NCBI GenBank assembly: GCA_963839375.1
Contig: CAWIUY010000008.1
Coordinates: 1-64,000 of the forward strand
Source: an uncultured Trueperaceae bacterium
GTDB taxonomy: Bacteria > Deinococcota > Deinococci > Deinococcales > Trueperaceae
Length of the DNA: 64,000 nucleotides
Direction of reading: 5' to 3'
Shown: one piece after another, positions 12,829 to 22,409 of the stretch
Layout: the number at the start of each line of letters is the position of its first letter
Numbering within the stretch: position 1 is the stretch's first letter
Made by a program: the position numbers and the translations under genes
Notes under the pieces: model-generated
Told to the model about the DNA's origin: nothing
Seen by the model: only the letters and a program-made list of their open reading frames with translations
Database searches by the model: none

Positions 12829-14237
12829 GCGACACGACGCCCGACGCCACCCGGCGGATGTGGGGTGGTCGCTTCAGCGAGGCCACCGACGCCCTGGTGC
12901 AGACCTTCAACGCCTCGATCGACGTCGACCGTGCCATGGCGCTCGAGGACCTCGACGGTTCGATCGCGCACGCGACGATGCTGGGCGAACAGGGCATCCT
13001 GAGCGCGGCCGAGGCCGACGCCCTCGTCGACGGCCTCCGCGCACTCCGTCTGGAGGTCGAGGCCGGTGAAGTCGTCTGGTCCGAGGCGCTCGAGGACGTG
13101 CACATGAACCTCGAGCGGCGCCTGACCGATCGGCTCGGGCCCGTGGGCGGCAAGCTCCACACCGCCCGCAGCCGCAACGATCAGGTCGCCACCGACTTCC
13201 GTTTGGCCGTCCGCGCCCGCACCGAGCGGCTCATCGCGCTCCTGCGCGAGCTGCGCGGCGTGTTCGTGGACCTCGCCGAGCGCCACGTCGACGTGATCCT
13301 CCCCGGGTACACCCATCTGCAGGTGGCGCAGCCCGTCCGCCTCGGCCACCATCTGTTGGCCTACTTCGAGATGTTCACGCGGGACCAAGCCCGCCTGCAC
13401 GACTCGCTCGCCCGACTGGACGTGTCGCCGCTCGGTGCCGGCGCTTTGGCGGGCACCGGGTTCCCCATCGACCGCCACCGCACGGCGGCACTGCTCGGCT
13501 TCTCCGAACCCGCCGCCAACTCGCTCGACGCCGTTTCCGACCGTGACTTCGCGCTCGAGTTCCTGGCCGCGGCCAGCATCGCGATGATGCACCTGTCGCG
13601 CCTCTCGGAGGAGCTGATCCTGTGGTCGTCGCAGGAGTTCGGTTTCGTGGTGCTGCCCGACTCGCACACGACCGGCTCGTCGATCATGCCGCAGAAGAAG
13701 AACCCCGACGTCGCCGAGCTGGTGCGCGGCAAGACCGGACGCGTCTACGGCGCGCTGGTCGGCCTGCTGACGGTCATGAAGGGGCTGCCTCTGGCCTACA
13801 ACAAGGACATGCAGGAGGACAAGGAGGGCGTGTTCGACGCGGCCGCCACCTTGGCCGTCTGCCTGCGCCTCACCGCCGACATGCTGCCCAAGATGCGCGT
13901 CGACACCGTCCGCACCCGGCACGCGGCCGGGCGCGCGTACAGCAACGCCACCGACCTGGCCGACCATCTCGCCCGCAGCGGCCTCCCCTTCCGTGAGGCG
14001 CACGAGGCGGTCGGCAAGCTGGTGGCCATCGCGCTCGGCGAGGGCGTCGACCTCCAAGACCTGCCGCTGGCACGCCTGCGCGAGGTCGCCCCGAGCCTGG
14101 GCGAGGACGTCTACCGGGTGCTCGACGTCGAGAGCGTCGTCGACGCCCGCACCTCGTACGGCGGCACCGCCCGGCCGCGCGTGCTCGAACAGATCGCCCG
14201 CGCCCGAGCGGCGCTGGCGGCGGAGGCGGCGGCGTGA
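12825..14237 (+). CDS. argH: argininosuccinate lyase
   Basis: MWGGRFSE...SRNDQVATDFRL...GSSIMPQKKNPD (fumarase/lyase signature); GTG at 12825. Confidence 0.9.
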   Translation: MSDTTPDATRRMWGGRFSEATDALVQTFNASIDVDRAMALEDLDGSIAHATMLGEQGILSAAEADALVDGLRALRLEVEAGEVVWSEALEDVHMNLERRLTDRLGPVGGKLHTARSRNDQVATDFRLAVRARTERLIALLRELRGVFVDLAERHVDVILPGYTHLQVAQPVRLGHHLLAYFEMFTRDQARLHDSLARLDVSPLGAGALAGTGFPIDRHRTAALLGFSEPAANSLDAVSDRDFALEFLAAASIAMMHLSRLSEELILWSSQEFGFVVLPDSHTTGSSIMPQKKNPDVAELVRGKTGRVYGALVGLLTVMKGLPLAYNKDMQEDKEGVFDAAATLAVCLRLTADMLPKMRVDTVRTRHAAGRAYSNATDLADHLARSGLPFREAHEAVGKLVAIALGEGVDLQDLPLARLREVAPSLGEDVYRVLDVESVVDARTSYGGTARPRVLEQIARARAALAAEAAA

Positions 14238-14791
14238 GCGAGCCGAGGCTCGACCTGCGCGTCCGCCCGGCCCGCGCCGAGGACGTCGTGGCCATCTTCG
14301 AGAACATCGGCTACTGGGCGGGCCAGGGCAAGATGCTGGTGCGCCCCATGCAGAACATCTTCGAGAACCTGCGCGACTTCTTCGTGGCCGAGACCGTGGC
14401 CGCCGACGGGACCACCGCCTTCGCCGGCAACGGCGCCCTGCACATCCTGTGGGGCGACATCGCCGAGGTGCGCGGCCTGGCCGTGGCGCCCGGGGTCCAA
14501 GCCCGAGGCGTCGGCAAGGCGCTCGTCGAGGCGTGCGAGGCCGAGGCGTGCCGCATCGGCGTCCCCACCCTCTTCGCCTGGACCTACTCGGTGGGCTTCT
14601 TCGAGAAGTGCGGCTTCACGCTCATCGACAAGACCAAGGATCTGCACCCGCGGGTGTGGAGCGAGTGCTTGCGCTGCCCCTTCTTCGTGGGCTGCAACGA
14701 GAACGGCCTGGTCAAGCGGCTCGAAGGGGTGCCGATGCCCCAGAACCTGCCCGAGCCGCCGCCCACGCAGGTGCCGCCCGGGATCCGCTGA
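14234..14791 (+). CDS. argA: single-domain N-acetylglutamate synthase-like GNAT (short ArgA type)
   Basis: FFVAE...GNGALHILWGDIAEVRGLAVAPG...GVGKALVEA... closely resembles short actinobacterial-type NAGS as recalled from memory; translationally coupled to argH (GTGA). Confidence 0.6.
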   Translation: MSEPRLDLRVRPARAEDVVAIFENIGYWAGQGKMLVRPMQNIFENLRDFFVAETVAADGTTAFAGNGALHILWGDIAEVRGLAVAPGVQARGVGKALVEACEAEACRIGVPTLFAWTYSVGFFEKCGFTLIDKTKDLHPRVWSECLRCPFFVGCNENGLVKRLEGVPMPQNLPEPPPTQVPPGIR

Positions 14792-14819
14792 GCGACGAAG
14801 GCTCCCGAACGCGTCCTCG

Positions 14820-15302
14820 TCACACGCTCCGCCCACGGCCGCGAACCTCGGCGTCGACCCACGCCCGCCCGCGGCCGCTCGGATCCTCGATCAGATGCGG
14901 CGCACGCGCGAGCAGCTCGGCCAGGAAGCCGAGCCGGTCGGCGGGGCCGAGCTCGTAGCGCGCGCCGCGATGGGTGACCAGGATGAGTCGCCGCGAGGTC
15001 CACGCCGCCGTCGTCGAGGACAGGAAGCTGTCGCGCACCTCCACGCGGGCCAGGTCGCGCAGCGGGACGCGGATCCGGATCACGCCCGACCGCACCCGCA
15101 CCTCCTCGAGGTCGACCTCGTAGGCGATCGGGTAGGCGAGCAGGACCACGAGCCCCAGCGTGAGCGCCACCGTGGCCGCCGTGACCAGCGCCGCCCAGGG
15201 ACCGGCGTCGGGGTCGAGCGCCACCGCCACGACCGCGACGACCATGGCGACGGCGGCGAACGCGAGCACGGCGACGATCGGGCGGTCGACGGCCGGCCCC
15301 AT
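14820..15302 (-). CDS. bacterial PH-domain membrane protein (YdbS/YdbT-like)
   Basis: two N-terminal TM helices followed by a ~100 aa PH-like domain; likely start MGPAVDRP within ORF 14820..15467. Confidence 0.55.
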   Translation of the reverse strand: MGPAVDRPIVAVLAFAAVAMVVAVVAVALDPDAGPWAALVTAATVALTLGLVVLLAYPIAYEVDLEEVRVRSGVIRIRVPLRDLARVEVRDSFLSSTTAAWTSRRLILVTHRGARYELGPADRLGFLAELLARAPHLIEDPSGRGRAWVDAEVRGRGRSV

Positions 15303-15334
15303 GCGCACGACGGGTGGCGCCGACAGGACCTCGG

Positions 15335-15826
15335 TCACCGTCCGACCGCTCGGCGCGCGGCGCGTCGGGGGTCGATCAGACCGCGGCCGTAGGGTTCGAG
15401 GTGGGGCGCCCGCGCGGCCAGCTCCGCCAGGAAGGCGTCCCGATCGCGCGGCGCCACCTCGACCCAACCGCCACCGTCGAGCGCGACCCGGACGCGGACG
15501 AGCGACCAGGCCGGCCCCGACAACGGGCTCAGCACCGGCTGCGCGCGCACGATGTCGCGGTAGGCGAGCCGCAGCGTCAGCAGACCGGCGCGCACGGTGA
15601 ACCCCTGCGGTTCGAGCCGGTAGCCGACCGGCACCGACACGCCCAGCGTCAAGGCCAGGGCGCCGAGACCCATCGCCCCCACCACGCCCTTCACGAGCGG
15701 GGTGACGTCGGGGTCGAGCAGCAGGGGGCCGACGATCAGCCCCAACCCCACGAGCGCCACGACGACGACCGCGACGAGCCAGAGGTCGACCCGAGCGGGC
15801 ACGTTCACGGTGTGCGGGGGCGCCAT
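15335..15826 (-). CDS. bacterial PH-domain membrane protein, paralog of the downstream gene
   Basis: same architecture and recognisable similarity to 14820..15302 (e.g. ...RVALDGGGWVEVAPRDRDAFLAELAARAPHL vs ...ELGPADRLGFLAELLARAPHL); ATG at 15826. Confidence 0.55.
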   Translation of the reverse strand: MAPPHTVNVPARVDLWLVAVVVVALVGLGLIVGPLLLDPDVTPLVKGVVGAMGLGALALTLGVSVPVGYRLEPQGFTVRAGLLTLRLAYRDIVRAQPVLSPLSGPAWSLVRVRVALDGGGWVEVAPRDRDAFLAELAARAPHLEPYGRGLIDPRRAARRAVGR

Positions 15827-15883
15827 CCCGCCGAGGCTAGCATCGCCACGCTCGCCCCCGCGCCCCGACGGTAGACTCGCGCC

Positions 15884-16939
15884 GTGACCGACGCCGCGCT
15901 CCGCCCCGCCGCCCGTCGCCGCGTGGCCCTCGTCCACACCGGTGGCACGCTCGGGATGGTGCGGAACGCCGAGGGCGCGTACGCCCCGCGACGCGGCGCC
16001 CTCGCGGCCGCGCTCGCCCGCCTGCCCGAGTTCGAGGACCCCCGGCTGCCCGACGTGACGCTCGACGAGCTCGACGTCCTGCTCGACTCCTCGGACGTCC
16101 GCCCCGGTGACTGGCAGCGCTTCGCCGACCGTGCCGCGCAGGCGTTCCGGACCGGCGCCGACGGCGTGGTGCTGGTGCACGGCACCGACACGATGGCCTA
16201 CACGGCTTCGGCGCTGGCCTTCCTGCTCGACGGGCTGCCCGGGCCGGTGGTCCTGACCGGCTCGCAGGTGCCGCTCGTCGAGCTCCGCTCGGACGCCCGC
16301 GACAACCTCATCACCTCGCTGCTGCTGGCGGCGTCGCCGGGCTGGGCCGAGGTGGCCGTGTACCTGGGCGGCGGTCTGCTGCGCGGTTGCCGCACCACGA
16401 AGGTCTCGACCGACGGCTTCGACGCCTTCGCGAGCCCCAACCTGGCGCCGCTCGCCGACGTCGGCGTCGACGTCGCCTGGCGCCGCGAGCTCGTGCGCCC
16501 GCCGAGTCCGGGGCCGCTGCAGGTCCACCGCCTGGCCGACGTCGACGTGGTGGCGCTGCGGTTGTTCCCGGGCATCACCGCCGAGACGCTGCGCAACGTG
16601 CTGCGCGACCCGGTGCGAGGCCTGGTGCTCGAGACCTACGGCAGCGGCAACGCGCCGTCGCGCGACCCCGACCTGCTGGCCGTCCTCGCCGACGCCATCG
16701 CGCGCGGGGTCGTGGTCGTCAACGTCACGCAGTGCTTGCGTGGTGGCGTGCGGATGGACGCCTACGCTGCCGGCCGGGCGCTGGCGGCCGTCGGGGTCGT
16801 GTCCGGCGGCGACCTCACCGCCGAAGCGGCGCTGACCAAGCTGCTCGTGCTCCTGTCACGGGGCCTCGCACCCACCGAGGCCGCCGCCGCCATGGCGCGC
16901 GACGACGCCGGCGAGCGCACGTTGGCGGCGCGGTCGTGA
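15884..16939 (+). CDS. ansA: L-asparaginase (type I)
   Basis: VHTGGTLGM ... LVHGTDTMAYTASALAFLL ... GSGN motifs of the asparaginase/glutaminase family. Confidence 0.85.
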   Translation: MTDAALRPAARRRVALVHTGGTLGMVRNAEGAYAPRRGALAAALARLPEFEDPRLPDVTLDELDVLLDSSDVRPGDWQRFADRAAQAFRTGADGVVLVHGTDTMAYTASALAFLLDGLPGPVVLTGSQVPLVELRSDARDNLITSLLLAASPGWAEVAVYLGGGLLRGCRTTKVSTDGFDAFASPNLAPLADVGVDVAWRRELVRPPSPGPLQVHRLADVDVVALRLFPGITAETLRNVLRDPVRGLVLETYGSGNAPSRDPDLLAVLADAIARGVVVVNVTQCLRGGVRMDAYAAGRALAAVGVVSGGDLTAEAALTKLLVLLSRGLAPTEAAAAMARDDAGERTLAARS

Positions 16940-17367
16940 TCCCGCCCGGGTTCGCCGGCCGCCCGCTCGATCACGTGGCCATCGCGGTGGCGTCGCTCGA
17001 CGCCGCGGACACGTACGCGCTCCTGGGCTGGACGGCCATCGGCGACGACGAACGGGTCGCCGGCCAGGGCGTACGCGTGCGGCTGCTGCGCGGCGGAGCC
17101 GGCCCCGCGCTGGAGCTGCTCGAACCCACCGATCCTTCCGGGCCCGTCGGCCGCTTCCTGACCCGACGCGGCCCGGGGCTCCATCACGTCGCCTTCGCGG
17201 TCGACGACCTGGACGCCGAGGTCGAACGCCTGTTGGCGGCCGGCGCCCGTTTCGTCGACCCCACCCCGCGACCGGGCCACGGCGGCAGCCGGGTGGTGTT
17301 CTTGCATCCGAGCGGATCGGGTGGGGTGCTGGTGGAACTCGTCGAACACCGTAGCGACCGTGGCTGA
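16936..17367 (+). CDS. VOC-family protein (glyoxalase / methylmalonyl-CoA epimerase-like)
   Basis: LDHVAIAV...GPGLHHVAFAVDD...GGVLVELVE pattern; GTG overlapping ansA stop. Confidence 0.7.
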   Translation: MIPPGFAGRPLDHVAIAVASLDAADTYALLGWTAIGDDERVAGQGVRVRLLRGGAGPALELLEPTDPSGPVGRFLTRRGPGLHHVAFAVDDLDAEVERLLAAGARFVDPTPRPGHGGSRVVFLHPSGSGGVLVELVEHRSDRG

Positions 17368-17737
17368 CGGGGCGCGCCGCCCGAACTGGGCGTGGTGGGC
17401 GGCGCTGGCGTGGGCGGGGACGCTCTTCGCGCTCTCCGCCTCGTCGGGCGACGGCGGCGCTTTCGACTTCGCGTGGCGCTTCGCCGGCGACGACAAGCTG
17501 GTCCATGCGGCGCTGTACGCGGTCCTCGGGGCGATCTTGCGGGCCGCCAGCGGGCGCACCGGCTGGGCCATCGGGCTCGGCTCGGCGTACGGCGTCACCG
17601 ACGAGATCCATCAGGCCTTCGTGCCCGGCCGCCACGCCGACCCGCTGGACTGGCTGGCCGACACGGCCGGGGCCGCGTTGGGGGCGCTTCTCGTGGCGTC
17701 CTTCGCGCGGCGCGCCGAGAGGCGCACGGTAGAGTGA
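17360..17737 (+). CDS. VanZ-like family membrane protein
   Basis: conserved DKLVHAALYAVLG and GVTDEIHQAFVPGR motifs. Confidence 0.65.
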   Translation: MADGARRPNWAWWAALAWAGTLFALSASSGDGGAFDFAWRFAGDDKLVHAALYAVLGAILRAASGRTGWAIGLGSAYGVTDEIHQAFVPGRHADPLDWLADTAGAALGALLVASFARRAERRTVE

Positions 17738-17741
17738 TCGG

Positions 17742-18533
17742 ATGAAGCTCGCGATCGTGGGTGCCGGCAAGATGGGGGGCGCGGTGCTGTCGGGTGCCGT
17801 GCGGGCGTCCGTCATCGCAGCCGACGAGGTGGGCGTGTACCACCCCGACGCCGGCCGCCGCGCCGAACTGGCCGCCCGCTTCGGGGTCGCCGAGCTCGAC
17901 GACGACGGCGTCCATCAGGCCGAGCGGGTGCTCGTGGCGGTCAAGCCGCAGTCGTTCGAGGCGGTCGCGCCGCTCATCGCGCAACGCCACGGGTCCTTCG
18001 TCTCCCTCATGGCGGGCGTCACCACCGGCACCCTGGCCAAGCGGCTCGGCTCGCGCAAGGTGGTGCGCGCCATGCCCAACCTCGGCGCTGCGGTGGGGGC
18101 GTCGGCCACCGCGCTCGCCTGGCACCCGGAGACCCCGGAGGCCGACCGGGACTTCGCCCGCCGCCTGTTCCAGGCGGTCGGCACCGTCCACGAGGTCGCC
18201 GAGAGCCTGTTCGACGCCTACACGGGCCTGGCCGGCTCGGGTCCGGCGTTCGCCGCCGTGGTGGCCGAAGGGTTGGCCGACGGTGGGGTGCGGGTGGGGC
18301 TCTCGCGCAGCGTCTCGCGTGAGCTGGCGCGCAACGTGCTGTTGGCGACCGCCCGCCTGCTCGAGACCAAAGGCCCCGCCGACCTCAAGGACGAGGTCGC
18401 GTCGCCGGGCGGCACGGCCATCGCCGGTGTGCGCGCCTTGGAACGGCATCGCGTCCGCTACGCGGTGATGGACGCCATCGAAGAAGCCGCCGATCGCGCC
18501 CGGGCGCTGGCGTACGACCGGGAGGACGGGTGA
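17742..18533 (+). CDS. proC: pyrroline-5-carboxylate reductase
   Basis: IVGAGKMGGAV NAD(P) motif, ...VKPQ..., SPGGTAIAGVRALE C-terminal dimerisation motif. Confidence 0.85.
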   Translation: MKLAIVGAGKMGGAVLSGAVRASVIAADEVGVYHPDAGRRAELAARFGVAELDDDGVHQAERVLVAVKPQSFEAVAPLIAQRHGSFVSLMAGVTTGTLAKRLGSRKVVRAMPNLGAAVGASATALAWHPETPEADRDFARRLFQAVGTVHEVAESLFDAYTGLAGSGPAFAAVVAEGLADGGVRVGLSRSVSRELARNVLLATARLLETKGPADLKDEVASPGGTAIAGVRALERHRVRYAVMDAIEEAADRARALAYDREDG

Positions 18534-19129
18534 CCGCCCCGGCCGCAGCGCCGCGCGCGCGGCGTCGGGCCGGCCCGCTCGCCCACGTCCTCCTCGCGCT
18601 CCTGAGCGTCGCCGGGATCGCCGGCGCGAACGATTACTTCCCCGTCGCCGACGGTCTCTCCTGGACCTACTCGAGCGGCGAGACGCAGCTCATGACCGGC
18701 CCGCGCGACCTGGCCGGCACGGCCGTGATGGTGCTCACCCACTACCTGGGCGGCGTGCCCGTGTCCGAGGACTACCTGGTCTACGCGCCGGACGGGGTGT
18801 GGAGCGTGGGGACCGCGTCGGGGGGCGCCATCGTGCGCTACGACCCGCCGCTGCTGGTGTACGGGCCGGCGCCGCTGGAACCGGGCGCCACGTGGACGTC
18901 CACCACCTCCGTCGGCGGCGTGTCGATCACGATCACGTCGGAGGTCGTCGGCCTGCGCGGCGTGCAGACACCCGCCGGACGCTTCAACGCCATGCAGATC
19001 CGGCAACGCACCGTCACGTCCACCGGCGGCCAGACCCAACTCGACCTGTACGTGGTGCCCAGCGTCGGCGTCGTGCGGTTCGTGACCTCCGACGGCACCA
19101 CGATCGACCTCATCGAGCGCGTCTTCTAG
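18530..19129 (+). CDS. hypothetical secreted protein
   Basis: signal-peptide-like start, Ser/Thr/Gly-rich beta-rich composition; coupled to proC stop. Confidence 0.5.
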   Translation: MTAPAAAPRARRRAGPLAHVLLALLSVAGIAGANDYFPVADGLSWTYSSGETQLMTGPRDLAGTAVMVLTHYLGGVPVSEDYLVYAPDGVWSVGTASGGAIVRYDPPLLVYGPAPLEPGATWTSTTSVGGVSITITSEVVGLRGVQTPAGRFNAMQIRQRTVTSTGGQTQLDLYVVPSVGVVRFVTSDGTTIDLIERVF

Positions 19130-20430
19130 TCGGCCGATCGGACGGCCGCGAGCGCTTCGGGCAGATGGCCCAACCAGCGCTCGGCGACCGCGTCGAAGCG
19201 CCCCGTCGTGAGGCCCTCGCGGATCTCTTCCATGAACCGCGCCATGAAACGCAGGTTGTGGACCGTCACGAGCTGGGGCCCGAGCGGCTCGTCGGCCTTG
19301 AGCAGGTGGCGCAGGTAGGCGCGCGAGAAGCGGCGGCACGTCGAGCAATCGCAGCCGTCTTCGATGGGGCGGAGGTCGTCGGCGAAGCGCGCGTTCTGCA
19401 GGTTGAGACGGAAGTTGGCCACCGGCCGGCCGTCGTCGTCGGTGCGGACGAGCGCGCCGCCGTTGCGGGCGTTGCGGGTCGGCGCCACGCTGTCGAACGT
19501 GTCGATGCCGCGGGCGACCGCCGCCAGCACCGACGGCACGTCACCGATGCCGAGCAGGTGCCGCGGCCACCGGTCGGGCAGCTCCGGTAGCGTCCAGCCG
19601 AGCACGCGGTGCATGTCGGCGTGCGTGCGCCCCAGGTTGCCGCCCACGGCGACCCCCCCGAAAGGCAGCCGGCCGATGAAGCGGGCGCTGTCGCGCCGGA
19701 CCGCCTCGAAGGCACCACCCTGCACCACGCCGAAGAGCGCCTGCTCGTACCCGTGCCGTGCCGGCTGCGCGGCGAACGCCGCCAAGCAGCGCTCGGCCCA
19801 GCGATGGGTGCGGTCGGCCGACGCGCGGGTGTACGCCTCGTCGTGCAGGGGACTGGTGCACTCGTCGAACGCCAACATCACGTCGGCGCCGAGCTGGCGC
19901 TGCACCTCGACGCTCACCTCGGGCGTGAACACGTGCACGCTGCCGTCGACGTGGCTGCGGAAACGCACCTCGTCCTCGCCCACGACGACCATCGAGCCGC
20001 CGGCGGCCGACAGGCGTGGGGCGCCCACCGTCGCCCGCGCGTCGTCGCCCGGGAAGATGTTGGCCACCTTGCCCACGCCGTGGTCGATCGACGCCCCCAA
20101 CGAGAAGACCTGGAAGCCGCCCGAATCGGTCATCAGCGGCCGCTCCCAACCCATGAACGCGTGGAGGCCACCATGCGCGGCCACCCGCTCGGCGCCGGGC
20201 CGCAGGTACAGATGGTAGGTGTTGGCGAACAGGAGCTGCGTGCCGGTGGCGGCGACCCGCTCCGGGTCGACGGCCTTGACGCTCGCTTGGGTGCCGACCC
20301 CCACGAAGGCCGGTGTCTCGACGGTCCCGTGCGGCGTCCGCCAGCGGCCGCGGCGGGCGGAGCCCGACCGCGCCAGGACGTCGAAGTCGAAGCCACCGTC
20401 GTCGCGTCGGTCCACGCCGGATGCTATCAC
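19126..20430 (-). CDS. tgt: queuine tRNA-ribosyltransferase (tRNA-guanine transglycosylase)
   Basis: GSARRG...TPHGTVETPAF...MTDSGGFQVFSL...LAFDEC... and zinc motif CDCSTC...H; true start may be internal to the ORF (GTG near VDRRDDGG). Confidence 0.85.
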   Translation of the reverse strand: MIASGVDRRDDGGFDFDVLARSGSARRGRWRTPHGTVETPAFVGVGTQASVKAVDPERVAATGTQLLFANTYHLYLRPGAERVAAHGGLHAFMGWERPLMTDSGGFQVFSLGASIDHGVGKVANIFPGDDARATVGAPRLSAAGGSMVVVGEDEVRFRSHVDGSVHVFTPEVSVEVQRQLGADVMLAFDECTSPLHDEAYTRASADRTHRWAERCLAAFAAQPARHGYEQALFGVVQGGAFEAVRRDSARFIGRLPFGGVAVGGNLGRTHADMHRVLGWTLPELPDRWPRHLLGIGDVPSVLAAVARGIDTFDSVAPTRNARNGGALVRTDDDGRPVANFRLNLQNARFADDLRPIEDGCDCSTCRRFSRAYLRHLLKADEPLGPQLVTVHNLRFMARFMEEIREGLTTGRFDAVAERWLGHLPEALAAVRSAD

Positions 20431-20560
20431 GTAGATCGCGTGCTGGACGGCATTGCTCGTACGTCACACCGATCGATGATGGTTCGGTGTAGGCAATCTG
20501 TGTCCTGTCCCGTCTGCGGACGGGAACCGTCTGCTACCATCACGCGGTCAGGAGGTGCCG

Positions 20561-21220
20561 ATGGCGCACCCTCTCAGCGGCTTCGCGACGCTGCTCGGCC
20601 TCGTCGCGTTCGCCCTGGTCACCGCCTTCAGCGCTCCCGGGGGACCGCTCGTGAACGTCACCGTCCAACCGACCGTCGAGATCCTCGACCGGGTGGTGGA
20701 CCTCGAGGTGACCCCGACGCTGGCTCTGCTCGACGACCCAAGGGTCGTCGTCGACCACGTCGAGCCCGTGCTCGGACCTGTGGCCAACCTGTCGCTCACG
20801 GTCCGTGCCACCGCCTACAACTCCCTGGCGAGCCAAACCGACACGCAACCTCACATCACGGCGACGGGCGCCCGGACCGAATGGGGCATCTTAGCCGTGA
20901 GCCGCGATCTGCTGCGTGAAGATCTTCCCTATGGGTCGCTCGTGCGCTTGCGCGACCTGGGCAGCTTCCACACCGGTCGGGGCGCGGGCGCGTACCACGC
21001 CTTGCTCGACGACACGCTGTTCGTCGTCGAGGACACGATGCACGTGCGCAAGGTCAACCAGGTCGACCTCTGGTTCGCCGACTACGCCAGCGCGGTGAAC
21101 TGGGGCGTGCGCAAGCTCGAGGTCGAGGTCGTGCGTTACGGACGAACCGGTCCGATCCTCGATCCCGTGCTCGCCCACACCGCCTTCGAGGCCGAGCCCA
21201 CCTGGCTCGCCGCGCGCTGA
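20561..21220 (+). CDS. 3D-domain protein (MltA/YabE-like cell-wall-binding domain)
   Basis: C-terminal RATAYNSLASQTDTQPHITATG...AVSRDLL...GSLVRLRDLG...VVEDTM... 3D-domain pattern; N-terminal signal/TM; GGAGG RBS before ATG 20561. Confidence 0.65.
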   Translation: MAHPLSGFATLLGLVAFALVTAFSAPGGPLVNVTVQPTVEILDRVVDLEVTPTLALLDDPRVVVDHVEPVLGPVANLSLTVRATAYNSLASQTDTQPHITATGARTEWGILAVSRDLLREDLPYGSLVRLRDLGSFHTGRGAGAYHALLDDTLFVVEDTMHVRKVNQVDLWFADYASAVNWGVRKLEVEVVRYGRTGPILDPVLAHTAFEAEPTWLAAR

Positions 21221-21227
21221 TCGCCGC

Positions 21228-22409
21228 ATGCGCGCTCTGGTGCCCTTCCTCGCGGCGCGCCACGTTCGTTCGCGAGGGCTCCAGAGCGCGCTGACGATCG
21301 GGGGCGTCGCCGTCGGGGTGGCGGTGCTCCTGGTCGCGCTCTCGCTCACCAACGGCTTCGTCGACGAGTTGATCGGCTCGACGCTGCGGGCCACGCCCCA
21401 CGTCGCGCTGCAGCCCTGGTCGGCCGACGGCTCGCTGGCGGCCGACGACGCCACCCTCGAGAGCCTGCGGAACGAACCGGGTGTGGTGGCCGTGGCGCCG
21501 TTCGTCGCCGGCCAGGCGCTCATCGCTCGCCGCGCCGACGCCTCGCGCGGGATCAGCGGTCGCCAGGGTTTCGCCCAGTTGCTCGGGATCGACCCGCTGG
21601 CCCACGCCCGCGTCCTCGACCTCGAGGCGCTCGAGCGCGCCGCGCCGGCGTTCGGTCGTGACGAGGGTGTGGTGTTGGGGGCCACGCTGGCGGCGCAGTT
21701 GGGGGTGGTCGAGGGCGACACGGTCGTGCTCCGGGAACTGGGGGGCCGCACCCTCAGCCTGACGGTCGCCGGCACCTTCCGGGTGGGCAACGAGCTCATC
21801 GACGCGGTGACCGCCTACGTCCCGCTGGCGCGCCTGCAGGCCTACCTCGACCTCGACGACCGCTGGAGCGGCGTGCACGTCCGACTCGCCGACCCCAGCC
21901 AGGCGACCGCCGTGGGGGAGCGACTCGGCGACCGCTACGGGCTGCGGCCCACCTCCTGGGAACGTCTGTTCTCGGGCCTCCTGCAACAACTCCGGTTGCA
22001 GAAGGCGGTGATCTCGGTGGTGGTGTTCCTGATCGTGCTGGTGGCCGCCATGGGCATCGCCAACGTGCTGGTGCTGGCGGTGGCCGAGAAGACCGGTGAG
22101 ATCGCCGTGCTGCGCACGCTCGGCGCCAGCGCGCGTCAGGTGATGGCGGTGTTCACGCTCGAGGGGGCGGTCCTCGGCGGACTCGGCACCGTGCTGGGCG
22201 CCGGGCTCGGCCTGGCGATCGCCGCCTACTTCCGCTGGCAGCCGTACCCCCTGCCGGGTGACCTCTACTTCATCACGCAGCTGCCCGTCACGGTTCAGCC
22301 CTTCGACGTCCTGTGGGTGTGCGCGGTGTCGTTCGCGACGAGCGTGCTGGCGTCGCTCGTGCCCGCCCGACGTGCCGCCGCCCTGCGGCCCGCCGACGTG
22401 CTCCGGTGA
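21228..22409 (+). CDS. ABC transporter permease, FtsX/MacB/LolE-like family
   Basis: TM1, large periplasmic loop, then 3 C-terminal TMs (VVFLIVLVAAMGIANVLVLAVAEKTGEIAVLRTLGAS typical FtsX-like motif); no ATPase gene adjacent. Confidence 0.75.
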   Translation: MRALVPFLAARHVRSRGLQSALTIGGVAVGVAVLLVALSLTNGFVDELIGSTLRATPHVALQPWSADGSLAADDATLESLRNEPGVVAVAPFVAGQALIARRADASRGISGRQGFAQLLGIDPLAHARVLDLEALERAAPAFGRDEGVVLGATLAAQLGVVEGDTVVLRELGGRTLSLTVAGTFRVGNELIDAVTAYVPLARLQAYLDLDDRWSGVHVRLADPSQATAVGERLGDRYGLRPTSWERLFSGLLQQLRLQKAVISVVVFLIVLVAAMGIANVLVLAVAEKTGEIAVLRTLGASARQVMAVFTLEGAVLGGLGTVLGAGLGLAIAAYFRWQPYPLPGDLYFITQLPVTVQPFDVLWVCAVSFATSVLASLVPARRAAALRPADVLR

